64,000 bases of DNA from Centroscyllium fabricii (lineage: Eukaryota): NCBI GenBank assembly GCA_051313645.2, contig JBNRSN020000014.1, positions 151,838,001 through 151,902,000 on the forward strand. Reading direction: 5' to 3'. The notes beneath the pieces were generated by a model. The model was not told the DNA's origin and made no database searches. It saw only the letters and a program-made list of their open reading frames with translations. Made by a program: the position numbers and the translations under genes. Below are positions 1 through 15,000 of this stretch, in pieces (within the stretch, counting starts at the first letter, position 1; every line of letters begins with the position of its first letter).

Positions 1-3000
1 GAGAACTGACTGAGAGAGGATTGAATGAGAGAGGATTGACTGAGAGAGGATTGACTGAGAGAGAACTGACTGAGAGAGGATTGACTGAGAGAGGACTGAC
101 TGAGAGAGGATTGACTGAGAGAGGATTGACTGAGAGAGGATTGACTGAGAGAGCACTGACTGAGGGAGGATTGACTGAGAGAGGATAGACTGAGAGTGTA
201 TTGACTGAGAGAGGATTGACTGAGAGAGGATTGACTGAGAGAGGATTGACTGAGGGAGGATTGACTGAGAGAGGATTGACTGAGGGAGGATTGAGTGAGA
301 GATGATTGACTGAGAGAGGATTGACTGAGAGAGGATTAACTGAGAGAGGATTGACTGAGAGAGGATTGACTGAGAGAGGATTGACTGAGAGATAACTGAC
401 TGGGAGAGGATTGACTGAGGGAGGATTGACTGAGAGTGGACTGACTGAGAGAACTGACTGAGAGAGAACGGAACGAGAGAGGACTGACAGAGAGAGGATT
501 GACAGAGAGGATTGACTGTGGGAGGATTGACTGAGAGAGGACTGACTGAGAGACGATTGACTGAGAGAGGACTGACTGAGGGAGGATTGAGTGAAAGAGG
601 ATTGAATGAGAGAGGATTGAATGAGAGAGGATTGACTGAGAGAGGATTGCCTGAGAGAGGACTGACTGAGAGAACTGACTGAGAGAGGACTGAACGAGAT
701 TGGACAGATTGAGAGAGGATTGACTGTGAGAGGATTGACTGAGGGAGGATTGACTGAGAGAGGACTGACTGAGAGAGGATTGACTGAGAGAGGATTGACT
801 GAGAGACGATTGACTGAGGGAGGATTGACTGAGAGAGGACTGACTGAGAGAGGACTGACTGAGAGAGGATTGACTGAGAGAGGATTGACTGAGAGAGGAT
901 TGACTGAGAGAGAACTGACTGAGAGAGGATTGACTGAGAGAGGATTGACTGAGAGAGGATTGACTCAGTGAGGATTGACTGAGAGAGGATTGACTGAGAG
1001 AGGACTGACTGAGAGAGAACTGACTGAGAGAGGATTAACTGAGGGAGAACTGACTGAGAGAGGAATGACTGAGAGAGGATTGACTGAGAGAGGATTAACT
1101 GAGAGAGGATTGACTGAGGGAGGACTGACTGAGAGATGATTTACTGAGAGAGGATTGACTGAGAGAGGATTGACTGAGAGAGAACTGACTGAGAGAGGAT
1201 TGACTGAGGGAGGACTGACTGAGAGATGATTTACTGAGAGTGGATTGACTGAGAGAGGATTGACTGAGAGAGAACTGACTGAGAGAGGATTGACTGAGAG
1301 AGGATTGACTGAGAGAGGATTGACTGAGAGAGGATTGACTGAGTGAGGATTGAATGAGAGATGATTGACTGAGAGAGGATTGACTGAGGGAGGATTGACT
1401 GAGAGAGGATTGACTGAGGGAGGATTGACTGAGAGAGGATTGACTGAGAGACGATTGGCTGAGAGAGAACTGACTCAGAGAGTACTGACTGAGGGAGGAT
1501 TGACTGAGAGAGGATTGACTGAGAGAGAACTGACTGAGAGAGGACTGACTGAGGGAGGATTGACTGAGAGAGGATTGACTGAGAGAGGACTGACAGAGTG
1601 AACTGACTGAGAGAGAACTGAACGACAGAGGATTGACTCAGAGAGAACTGACTGAGAGACGACTGACTGAGAGACGATTGACTGAGGGAGGATTGAATGA
1701 GAGAGGATTGACTGAGAGAGGATTGAATGAGAGAGGACTGAATGAGAGAGGATTGACTGAGAGAGGATTGACTGAGGTAGGATTGACTGAGAGAGGATTC
1801 ACTGAGAGAGGATTGACTGAGAGAGGATTGACTGAGAGAGGATTGACTGAGAGAGGATTGACTCAGTGAGGATTGACTGAGAGAGGATTGACTGAGAGAG
1901 GACTGACTGAGAGAGGATTGACTGAGAGAGGACTGACTGAGAGAACTGACTGAGAGAGAACTGAACGAGAGAGGACTGACTGAGAGAGGATTGACTGAGA
2001 GAGGATTGACTGAGAGAGGACTGACTGAGAGAACTGACTGAGAGAGAACTGAACGAGAGAGGACTGACTGAGAGAGGATTGATTGAGGGAGGATGGACTG
2101 AGGGAGGATTTACTGAGAGAAGACTGACTGATAGATGATTGACTGAGAGAGGACTGACTGAGAGAGGATTGACTGAGAGAGGATTGACTGAGAGAGGATT
2201 GACTGAGAGAGAACTGACTGAGAGAGAACTGACTGAGAGAGGATTGACTGAGGGAGGATTGACTGAGAGAGGATTGACTGAGAGAGGATTGACTGAGAGA
2301 GGACTGAATGAGAGAGGACTGACTGAGGAAGGATTGACTGAGGGAGGACTGACTGAGAGAGGATTGACTGAGAGAGAATTGACTGAGATAGGATAGACTG
2401 AGAGATGACTGACTGAGAGAGAACTGACTGAGAGAGGATTGACTGAGGGAGGACTGACTGAGAGAGGATTTACTGAGAGAGGATTAACTGAGAGAGGATT
2501 GACTGAGAGAGGATTGACTGAGAGAGAACTGACTGAGAGAGAACTGACTGAGAGGGGATTGACTGAGAGAAGATTGACTGAGGGAGGATTGACTGAGAGA
2601 AGATTGACTGAGAGAGGATTGACTGAGAGATGACTGACTGGGAGATGATTGACTGAGAGAAGATTGACTGAGAGAGGATTGACTGAGAGAGGATTGAATG
2701 AGAGAGAACAGACTGAGAGAGGATTGTCTGAGGGAGGATTGACTGAGGGAGGATTGACTGAGAGAGGATTGACTGAGAGAGGACTGACTGAGAGAGGATT
2801 GACTGAGAGAGGATTGACTGAGAGACGATTGACTGAGAGAGGATTGACTGAGAGAGAACTGACTGAGAGAGGATTGACTGAGAGAGGATTGACTGAGAGA
2901 GGATTGACTGAGAGAGAACTGACTGAGAGAGGATTGACTGAGAGAGGACTGACTGAGAGAGGATTGACTGAGAGAGGATTGACTGAGAGAGGATTGACTG

Positions 3001-6000
3001 AGAGAGAACTGACTGAGGGAGGATTGAATGAGAGAGGATTGACGGAGAGAGTATTGACTGAGAGAGGATTGACTGAGAGAGGATTGACTGAGAGAGGATT
3101 GACCGAGGGAGGATTGACTGAGAGAGGATTGACTGAGGGAGGATTGAGTGAGAGATGATTGACTGAGAGAGGATTGACTGAGAGAGGATTATCTGAGAGA
3201 GGATTGACTGAGAGAGGATTGACTGAGAGAGGATTGACTGAGAGATAACTGACTGGGAGAGGATAGACTGAGGGAGGATTGACTGAGAGAGGACTGACTG
3301 AGAGAACTGACTGAGAGAGAACTGAACGAGAGAGGACTGACTGAGAGAGGATTGACAGAGAGGATTGACTGAGGGAGGATTGACTGAGAGAGGACTGACT
3401 GAGAGACGATTGACTGAGTGAGGACTGACTGAGGGAGGATTGAGTGAAAGAGGATTGAATGAGAGAGGATTGAATGAGAGAGGATAGACTGAGAGAGGAT
3501 TGACTGAGAGAGGACTGACTGAGAGAACTGACTGAGAGAGAACTGAACGAGAGAGGACAGACTGAGAGAGGATTGACTGTGAGTGGATTGACTGAGGGAG
3601 GATTGACTGAGAGAGGACTGACTGAGAGACGATTGACTGAGAGAGGATTGACTGAGAGACGATTGACTGAGGGAGGATTGACTGAGAGAGGACTGACTGA
3701 GAGAGGACTGACTGAGAGAGAATTGACTGAGAGAGGATTGACTGAGAGAGGATTGACTGTGGGAGGACTGACTGAGAGAGAACTGACTGAGAGAGAACTG
3801 ACTGAGAGAGGATTGACTGAGAGAGGATTGACTGAGAGAGGACTGACTCAGTGAGGATTGACTGAGAGAGGATTGACTGAGAGAGGACTGACTGAGAGAG
3901 AACTGACTGAGAGAGGATTAACTGAGGGAGAACTGACTGAGAGAGGAATGACTGAGAGAGGATTGACTGAGAGAGGATTAACTGAGAGAGGATTGACTGA
4001 GGGAGGACTGACTGAGAGATGATTTACTGAGAGAGGATTGACTGAGAGAGGAATGACTGAGAGAGCACTGACTGAGAGAGGATTGAATGAGGGAGGACTG
4101 ACTGAGAGATGATTTACTGAGAGTGGATTGACTGAGAGAGGATTGACTGAGAGAGAACTGACTGAGAGAGGATTGACTGAGAGAGGATTGACTGAGAGCG
4201 GATTGACTGAGAGAGGATTGACTGAGAGAGGATTGACTAAGAGAGGATTGACTGAGAGAGGATTAACTGAGAGAGGATTGACTGTGAGAGGATTGACTGA
4301 GAGAGGATTAACTGAGAGATGATTGACTGAGAGAGGATTGACTGAGAGAGGATTAACTGAGAGAGGATTGACTGGGAGAGGATTGACTGAGAGAGGATTG
4401 ACTGAGGGAGGATTGACTGAGAGAGGATTGACTGAGAGACGATTGGCTGAGAGAGAACTGACTCAGAGAGAACTGACTGAGGGAGGATTGACTGAGAGAG
4501 GATTGACTGAGAGAGAACTGACTGAGAGAGGACTGACTGAGGGAGGATTGACTGAGAGAGGATTGACTGAGGGAGGACTGACTGAGGTAGGGTTGACTGA
4601 GAGAGGACTGACTGAGAGAGGATTGACTGAGAGACGATTGAATGAGAGAGGATTGACTGAGAGAGGATTGAATGAGAGAGGATTGAATGAGAGAGGATTG
4701 ACTGAGAGAGGATTGACTGAGGTAGGATTGACTGAGAGAGGATTGACTGAGAGAGGATTGACTGAGAGAGGATTGACTGAGAGAGGATTGACTGAGAGAG
4801 GATTGACTCAGTGAGGATTGACTGAGAGAGGATTGACTGAGAGAGGTCTGACTGAGAGAGGATTGACTGAGAGAGGATTGACTGAGAGAGGATTAACTGA
4901 GAGAGGACTGACTGAGAGAACTGACTGAGAGAGAACTGAACGAGAGAGGACAGACTGAGAGAGGATTGACTGTGAGTGGATTGACTGAGGGAGGATTGAC
5001 TGAGAGAGGACTGACTGAGAGACGATTGACTGAGAGAGGATTGACTGAGAGACGATTGACTGAGGGAGGATTGACTGAGAGAGGACTGACTGAGAGAGGA
5101 CTGACTGAGAGAGGATTGACTGAGAGAGGATTGACTGAGAGAGGATTGACTGTGGGAGGACTGACTGAGAGAGAACTGACTGAGAGAGAACTGACTGAGA
5201 GAGGATTGACTCAGAGAGGATTGACTGAGAGAGGATTGACTCAGTGAGGATTGACTGAGAGAGGATTGACTGAGAGAGGACTGACTGAGAGAGAACTGAC
5301 TGAGAGAGGATTAACTGAGGGAGAACTGACTGAGAGAGGAATGACTGAGAGAGGATTGACTGAGAGAGGATTAACTGAGAGAGGATTGACTGAGGGAGGA
5401 CTGACTGGGAGATGATTTACTGAGAGAGGATTGACTGAGAGAGGATTGACTGAGAGAGAACTGACTGAGAGAGGATTGAATGAGGGAGGACTGACTGAGA
5501 GATGATTGACTGAGAGGATTGACTGTGAGAGGATTGACTGAGAGAGGATTAACTGAGAGAGGATTGACAGAGAGAGGATTGACTGAGAGAGGATTAACAG
5601 AGATAGGATTGACTGAGAGTGGATTGACTGAGAGAGGATTGACTGAGGGAGGATTGACTGAGAGTGGATTGACTGAGAGACGATTGGCTGAGAGAGAACT
5701 GACTCAGAGAGAACTGACTGAGGGAGGATTGACTGAGAGAGGATTGACTGAGAGAGAACTGACTGAGAGAGGACTGACTGAGGGAGGATTGACTGAGAGA
5801 GGATTGACTGAGAGAGGACTGACAGAGTGAACTGACTGAGAGAGATCTGAACGAGAGAGGATTGACTCAGAGAGACCTGACTGAGGGAGGACTGACTGAG
5901 AGACGATTGACTGAGGGAGGATTGACTGAGAGAGGATTGACTGAGAGAGGATTGACTGAGGGAGGATTGACTGAGAGAGGACTGACTGAGAGAGGATTGA

Positions 6001-9000
6001 CTGAGAGATGATTGAATGAGAGAGGATTGACTGAGAGAGTATTGACTGAGAGACGATTGGCTGAGAGAGAACTGACTCAGAGAGAAGTGACTGAGGGAGG
6101 ATTGACTGACAGAGGATTGACTGAGAGAGAACTGACTGAGAGAGGACTGACTGAGAGAGGATTGACTGAGAGAGGATTGACTGACAGAGGACTGACAGAG
6201 TGAACTGACTGAGAGAGAACTGAATGAGAGAGGATTGACTCAGAGAGAACTGACTGAGAGACGACTGACTGAGAGACGATTGACTGAGAGAGGATTGACT
6301 GAGAGAGGACTGACTGAGAGAGGATTGACTGAGAGACGATTGAATGAGAGAGGATTGACTGAGAGAGGATTGAATGAGAGAGGATTGAATGAGAGAGGAT
6401 TGACTGAGAGAGGATTGACTGAGGTAGGATTGACTGAGAGAGGATTGACTGAGAGAGGATTGACTGAGAGAGGATTGACTGAGAGAGGATTGACTGAGAG
6501 AGGATTGACTCAGTGAGGATTGACTGAGAGAGGATTGACTGAGAGAGGTCTGACTGAGAGAGGATTGACTGAGAGAGGATTGACTGAGAGAGGATTAACT
6601 GAGAGAGGACTGACTGAGAGAACTGACTGAGAGAGAACTGAACGAGAGAGGACAGACTGAGAGAGGATTGACTGTGAGTGGATTGACTGAGGGAGGATTG
6701 ACTGAGAGAGGACTGACTGAGAGACGATTGACTGAGAGAGGATTGACTGAGAGACGATTGACTGAGGGAGGATTGACTGAGAGAGGACTGACTGAGAGAG
6801 GACTGACTGAGAGAGGATTGACTGAGAGAGGATTGACTGAGAGAGGATTGACTGTGGGAGGACTGACTGAGAGAGAACTGACTGAGAGAGAACTGACTGA
6901 GAGAGGATTGACTCAGAGAGGATTGACTGAGAGAGGATTGACTCAGTGAGGATTGACTGAGAGAGGATTGACTGAGAGAGGACTGACTGAGAGAGAACTG
7001 ACTGAGAGAGGATTAACTGAGGGAGAACTGACTGAGAGAGGAATGACTGAGAGAGGATTGACTGAGAGAGGATTAACTGAGAGAGGATTGACTGAGGGAG
7101 GACTGACTGGGAGATGATTTACTGAGAGAGGATTGACTGAGAGAGGATTGACTGAGAGAGAACTGACTGAGAGAGGATTGAATGAGGGAGGACTGACTGA
7201 GAGATGATTGACTGAGAGGATTGACTGTGAGAGGATTGACTGAGAGAGGATTAACTGAGAGAGGATTGACAGAGAGAGGATTGACTGAGAGAGGATTAAC
7301 AGAGAGAGGATTGACTGAGAGTGGATTGACTGAGAGAGGATTGACTGAGGGAGGATTGACTGAGAGAGGATTGACTGAGAGACGATTGGCTGAGAGAGAA
7401 CTGACTCAGAGAGAACTGACTGAGGGAGGATTGACTGAGAGAGGATTGACTGAGAGAGAACTGACTGAGAGAGGACTGACTGAGGGAGGATTGACTGAGA
7501 GAGGATTGACTGAGAGAGGACTGACAGAGTGAACTGACTGAGAGAGATCTGAACGAGAGAGGATTGACTCAGAGAGAACTGACTGAGGGAGGACTGACTG
7601 AGAGACGATTGACTGAGGGAGGATTGACTGAGAGAGGATTGACTGAGAGAGGATTGACTGAGGGAGGATTGACTGAGAGAGGACTGACTGAGAGAGGATT
7701 GACTGAGAGACGATTGAATGAGAGAGGATTGACTGAGAGAGTATTGACTGAGAGACGATTGGCTGAGAGAGAACTGACTCAGAGAGAAGTGACTGAGGGA
7801 GGATTGACTGACAGAGGATTGACTGAGAGAGAACTGACTGAGAGAGGACTGACTGAGAGAGGATTGACTGAGAGAGGATTGACTGACCGAGGACTGACAG
7901 AGTGAACTGACTGAGAGAGAACTGAATGAGAGAGGATTGACTCAGAGAGAACTGACTGAGAGACGACTGACTGAGAGACGATTGACTGAGAGAGGATTGA
8001 CTGAGAGAGGACTGACTGAGAGAGGATTGACTGAGAGACGATTGAATGAGAGAGGATTGACTGAGAGAGGATTGAATGAGAGAGGATGGACTGAGGGAGG
8101 ATTGACTGAGAGAAGACTGACTGAGAGAGGATTGACTGAGAGAGAACTGAACGAGAGAGGACTGACTGAGAGAGGATTGACTGAGAGAGGATGGACTTAG
8201 GGAGGATTGACTGAGAGAAGACTGACTGAGAGAGGATTGACTGAGAGAGGACTGACTGAGAGAGGATTGACTGAGAGAGGATTGACTGAGAGAGGATTGA
8301 CTGAGAGAGAACTGACTGAGAGAGAACTGACTGAGAGAGGATTGACTGAGGGAGGATTGACTGAGAGAGGATTGACTGAGAGAGGATTGACTGAGAGAGG
8401 ACTGAATGAGAGAGGACTGACTGAGGCAGGATTGACTGAGGGAGGACTGACTGAGAGAGGATTGACTGAGAGAGAACTGACTGAGAGAGGATTGACTGAG
8501 GGAGGACTGACTGAGAGAGGATTTACTGAGAGAGGATTAACTGAGAGAGGATTGACTGAGAGAGGATTGACTGAGAGAGAACTGACTGAGAGAGAACTGA
8601 CTGAGAGGGGATTGACTGAGAGAAGATTGATTGAGGGAGGATTGACTGAGAGAAGATTGACTGAGAGAGGATTGACTGAGAGATGACTGACTGGGAGATG
8701 ATTGACTGAGAGAAGATTGACTGAGAGAGGATTGACTGAGAGAGGATTGAATGAGAGAGAACAGACAGAGAGAGGATTGTCTGAGAGAGGATTGACTGAG
8801 GGAGGATTGACTGAGAGAGGATTGACTGAGAGAGAACTGACTGAGAGAGGATTGACTGAGAGAGGATTGACTGAGAGACGATTGACTGAGAGAGGATTGA
8901 CTGAGAGAGGATTGACTGAGAGAGAACTGACTGAGAGAGGATTGACTGAGAGAGGATTGACTGAGAGAGGATTGACTGAGAGAGAACTGACTGAGAGAGG

Positions 9001-12000
9001 ATTGACTGAGAGAGGACTGACTGAGAGAGGATTGACTGAGAGAGGATTGACTGAGAGAGGATTGACTGAGAGAGAACTGACTGAGGGAGGATTGACTGAG
9101 AGAGGATTGACTGAGAGAGTATTGACTGAGAGAGGATTGACTGAGAGAGGATTGACTGAGAGAGGATTGACCGAGGGAGGATTGACTGAGAGAGGCTTAA
9201 CTGAGGGAGGATTGAGTGAGAGATGATTGACTGAGAGAGGATTGACTGAGAGAGGATTAACTGAGAGAGGATTGACTGAGAGAGGATTGACTGAGAGAGG
9301 ATTGACTGAGAGATAACTGACTGGGAGAAGATTGACTGAGGGAGGATTGACTGAGAGAGGACTGACTGAGAGAACTGACTGAGAGAGAACTGAACGAGAG
9401 AGGACTGACTGAGAGAGGATTGACAGAGAGGATTGACTGAGGGAGGATTGACTGAGAGAGGACTGACTGAGAGACGATTGACTGAGTGAGGACTGACTGA
9501 GGGAGGATTGAGTGAAAGAGGATTGAATGAGAGAGGATTGAATGAGAGAGGATTGACTGAGAGAGGATTAACTGAGAGAGGATAGACTGAGAGAGAACTG
9601 ACTGAGAGAGGATTGACTGAGAGAGGATTGACTGAGAGAGGATTGACTGAGAGAGGATTGACTGAGAGAGGATTGACTAAGAGAGGATTGACTGAGAGAG
9701 GATTAACTGAGAGAGGATTGACTGTGAGAGGATTGACTGAGAGAGGATTAACTGAGAGATGATTGACTGAGAGAGGATTGACTGAGAGAGGATTAACTGA
9801 GAGAGGATTGACTGGGAGAGGATTGACTGAGAGAAGATTGACTGAGGGAGGATTGACTGAGAGAGGATTGACTAAGAGACGATTGGCTGAGAGAGAACTG
9901 ACTCAGAGAGAACTGACTGAGGGAGGATTGACTGAGAGAGGATTGACTGAGAGAGAACTGACTGAGAGAGGACTGACTGAGGGAGGATTGACTGAGAGAG
10001 GATTGACTGAGAGAGGACTGACAGAGTGAACTGACTGAGAGAGATCTGAACGAGAGAGCATTGACTCAGAGAGAACTGACTGAGGGAGGACTGACTGAGA
10101 GACGATTGACTGAGGGAGGATTGACTGAGAGAGGATTGACTGAGAGAGGATTGACTGAGGTAGGGTTGACTGAGAGAGGACTGACTGAGAGAGGATTGAC
10201 TGAGAGACGATTGAATGAGAGAGGATTGACTGAGAGAGGATTGAATGGGAGAGGATTGAATGAGAGAGGATTGACTGAGAGAGGATTGACTGAGGTAGGA
10301 TTGACTGAGAGAGGATTGACTGAGAGAGGATTGACTGAGAGAGGATTGACTGAGAGAGGATTGACTGAGAGAGGATTGACTCAGTGAGGATTGACTGAGA
10401 GAGGTTTGACTGAGAGAGGACTGACTGAGAGAGGATTGACTGAGAGAGGATTGACTGAGAGAGGATTAACTGAGAGAGGACTGACTGAGAGAACTGACTG
10501 AGAGAGAACTGAACGAGAGAGGACAGACTGAGAGAGGATTGACTGTGAGTGGATTGACTGAGGGAGGATTGACTGAGAGAGGACTGACTGAGAGACGATT
10601 GACTGAGAGAGGATAGACTGAGAGACGATTGACTGGGGGAGGATTGACTGAGAGAGGACTGACTGAGAGAGGACTGACTGAGAGAGGATTGACTGAGAGA
10701 GGATTGACTGAGAGAGGATTGACTGTGGGAGGACTGACTGAGAGAGAAATGTCTGAGAGAGAACTGACTGAGAGAGGATTGACTGAGAGAGGATTGACTG
10801 AGAGAGGATTGACTCAGTGAGGATTGACTGAGAGAGGATTGACTGAGAGAGGACTGACTGAGAGAGAACTGACTGAGAGAGGATTAACTGAGGGAGAACT
10901 GACTGAGAGAGGAATGACTGAGAGAGGATTGACTGAGATAGGATTAACTGAGAGAGGATTGACTGAGGGAGGACTGACTGGGAGATGATTTACTGAGAGA
11001 GGATTGACTGAGAGAGGATTGACTGAGAGAGAACTGACTGAGAGAGGATTGAATGAGGGAGGACTGACTGAGAGATGATTGATTGAGAGAGGATTGACTG
11101 AGAGAGGATTGACTAAGAGAGGATTGACTGAGAGAGGATTAACTGAGAGCAGATTGACTGTGAGATGATTGACTGAGAGAGGATTAACTGAGAGAGGATT
11201 GACAGAGAGAGGATTGACTGAGAGAGGATTAACAGAGAGAGGATTGACTGAGAGTGGATTGACTGAGAGAGGATTGACTGAGGGAGGATTGACTGAGTGA
11301 GGGTTGACTGAGAGACGATTGGCTGAGAGAGAACTGACTCAGAGAGAACTGACTGAGGGAGGATTGACTGAGAGAGGATTGACTGAGAGAGAACTGACTG
11401 AGAGAGGACTGACTGAGGGAGGATTGACTGAGAGAGGATTGACTGAGAGAGGACTGACAGAGTGAACGGACTGAGAGAGATCTGAACGAGAGAGGATTGA
11501 CTCAGAGAGAACTGACTGAGGGAGGACTGACTGAGAGACGATTGACTGAGGGAGGATTGACTGAGAGAGGATTGACTGAGAGAGGATTGACTGAGGCAGG
11601 ATTGACTGAGAGAGGACTGACTGAGAGAGGATTGACTGAGAGACGATTGAAAGAGAGAGGATTGACTGAGAGAGGATTGAATGAGAGAGGATTGACTGAG
11701 GGAGTATTGACTGAGAGAGTATTGACTGAGAGACGATTGGCTGAGAGAGAACTGACTCAGAGAGAAGTGACTGAGGGAGGATTGACTGACAGAGGATTGA
11801 CTGAGAGAGAACTGACTGAGAGAGGACTGACTGAGAGAGGATTGACTGAGAGAGGATTGACTGAGAGAGGACTGACAGAGTGAACTGACTGAGAGAGAAC
11901 TGAATGAGAGAGGATTGACTCAGAGAGAACTGACTGAGAGACGACTGACTGAGAGACAATTGACTGAGGGAGGATTGACTGAGAGAGGATTGACTGAGAG

Positions 12001-15000
12001 AGGATTGACTGAGGGAGGATTGACTGAGAGAGGACTGACTGAGAGAGGATTGACTGAGAGACGATTGAATGAGTGAGGATTGACTGAGAGAGGATTGAAT
12101 GAGAGAGGATTGAATGAGAGAGGATTGACTGAGAGAGGATTGACTGAGGTAGGATTGACTGAGAGAGGATTGACTGAGAGAGGATTGACTCAGTGAGGAT
12201 TGACTGAGAGAGGATTGACTGAGAGAGGACTGACTGAGAGAGGATTGACTGAGAGATGACTGACTGAGAGAACTGACTGAGAGAGAACTGAACGAGAGAG
12301 GACTGACTGAGAGAGGATTGACTGAGAGAGGATGGACTGAGAGAGGACTGACTGAGATAACTGACTGAGAGAGAACTGAACGAGAGAGGACTGACTGAGA
12401 GAGGATTGACTGAGAGAGGATGGACTGAGGGAGGATTGACTGAGAGAAGACTGACTGAGAGAGGATTGACTGAGAGAGGACTGACTGAGAGAGGATTGAC
12501 TGAGAGAGGATTGACTGAGAGAGGATTGACTGAGAGAGAACTGACTGAGAGAGAACTGACTGAGAGAGGATTGACTGAGGGAGGATTGACAGAGAGGATT
12601 GACTGAGAGAGGATTGACTGAGAGAGGACTGAATGAGAGAGGACTGACTGAGGCATGATTGACTGAGGGAGGACTGACTGAGAGAGGATTGACTGAGAGA
12701 GAATTGACTGAGATAGGATAGACTGAGAGATGACTGACTGAGAGAGAACTGACTGAGAGAGGATTGACTGAGGGAGGACTGACTGAGAGAGGATTTACTG
12801 AGAGAGGATTAACTGAGAGAGGATTGACTGAGAGAGGATTGACTGAGAGAGAACTGACTGAGAGAGAACTGACTGAGAGGGGATTGACTGAGAGAAGATT
12901 GACTGAGGGAGGATTAACTGAGAGAAGATTGACTGAGAGAGGATTGACTGAGAGATGACTGACTGGGAGATGATTGACTGAGAAAAGATTGACTGAGAGA
13001 GGATTGACTGAGAGAGGATTGAATGAGAGAGAACAGACTGAGAGAGGATTGTCTGAGAGAGGATTGACCGAGGGAGGATTGACTGAGAGAGGATTGACTG
13101 AGAGAGGACTGACTGAGAGAGGATTGACTGAGAGACGATTGACTGAGAGACGATTGACTGAGAGAGGATTGACTGAGAGAGAACTGACTGAGAGAGGATT
13201 GACTGAGAGAGGATTGACTGAGAGAGGATTGACTGAATGAGAACTGACTGAGAGAGTATTGACTGAGAGAGGACTGACTGAGAGAGGATTGACTGAGAGA
13301 GGATTGACTGAGACAGGATTGACTGAGAGAGAACTGACTGAGGGAGGATTCAGTGAGAGAGGATTGACTGAGAGAGTATTGACTGAGAGAGGATTGACTG
13401 AGAGAGGATTGACTGAGAGAGGATTGACCGAGGGAGGATTGACTGAGAGAGGATTGACTGAGGGAGGATTGATTGACAGATGATTGACTGAGAGAGGATT
13501 GACTGAGAGAGGATTAACTGAGAGAGGATTGACTGAGAGAGGATGGACTGAGAGAGGATTGACTGAGAGATAACTGACTGGGAGAGGATTGACTGAGGGA
13601 GGATTGACTGAGAGAGGACTGACTGAGAGAACTGACAGAGAGAACTGAATGAGAGAGGACTGACTGAGAGAGGATTGACAGAGAGGATTGACTGAGGGAG
13701 GATTGACTGAGAGAGGACTGACTGAGAGACGATTGACTCAGTGAGGACTGACTGAGGGAGGATTGTGTGAAAGAGGATTGAATGAGAGAGGATTGAATGA
13801 GAGAGGATTGACTGAGAGAGGATTGTTTGAGAGAGTACTGACTGAGAGAACTGACTGAGAGAGGACTGAACGAGAGAGGACAGACTGAGAGAGGATTGAC
13901 TGTGAGTGGATTGACTGAGGGAGGATTGACTGAGAGAGGACTGACTGAGAGACGATTGACTGAGAGAGGATTGACTGAGAGACGATTGACTGAGGGAGGA
14001 TTGACTGAGAGAGGACTGACTGAGAGAGGACTGACTGAGAGAGGATTGACTGAGAGAGGTTTGACTGAGAGAGGATTGACTCAGTGAGGATTGACTGAGA
14101 GAGGATTGACTGAGAGAGGACTGACTGAGAGAGAACTGACTGAGAGAGGATTAACTGAGGGAGAACTGACTGAGAGAGGAATGACTGAGAGAGGATTGAC
14201 TGAGAGAGGATTAACTGAGAGAGGATTGACTGAGGGAGGACTGACTGAGAGATGATTTACTGAGAGAGGATTGACTGAGAGAGGATTGACTGAGAGAGAA
14301 CTGACTGATAGAGGATTGAATGAGGGAGGACTGACTGAGAGATGATTTACTGAGAGTGGATTGACTGAGAGAGGATTGACTGAGAGAGAACTGACTGAGA
14401 GAGGATTGACTGAGAGAGGATTGACTGAGAGAGGATTGACTGAGAGAGGATTGACTGAGAGAGGATTGACTAAGAGAGGATTGACTGAGAGAGGATTAAC
14501 TGAGAGAGGATTGACTGTGAGAGGATTGACTGAGAGAGGATTAACTGAGAGAGGATTGACTGAGAGAGGATTGACTGAGAGAGGATTAACTGAGAGAGGA
14601 TTGACTGAGAGAGGATTGACTGAGAGAGGATTGACTGAGGGATGATTGACTGAGAGAGGATTGACTGAGAGACGATTGGCTGAGAGAGAACTGACTCAGA
14701 GAGAATTGACTGAGGGAGGATTGACTGAGAGAGGATTGACTGAGAGAGAACTGACTGAGAGAGGACTGACTGAGGGAGGATTGACTGAGAGATGATTGAC
14801 TGAGAGAGGACTGGCAGAGTGAACTGACTGAGAGAGATCTGAACGAGAGAGGATTGACTCAGAGAGAACTGACTGAGGGAGGACTGACTGAGAGACGATT
14901 GACTGAGGGAGGATTGACTGAGAGAGGATTGACTGAGAGAGGATTGACTGAGGTAAGGTTGACTGAGAGAGGACTGACTGAGAGAGGATTGACTGAGAGA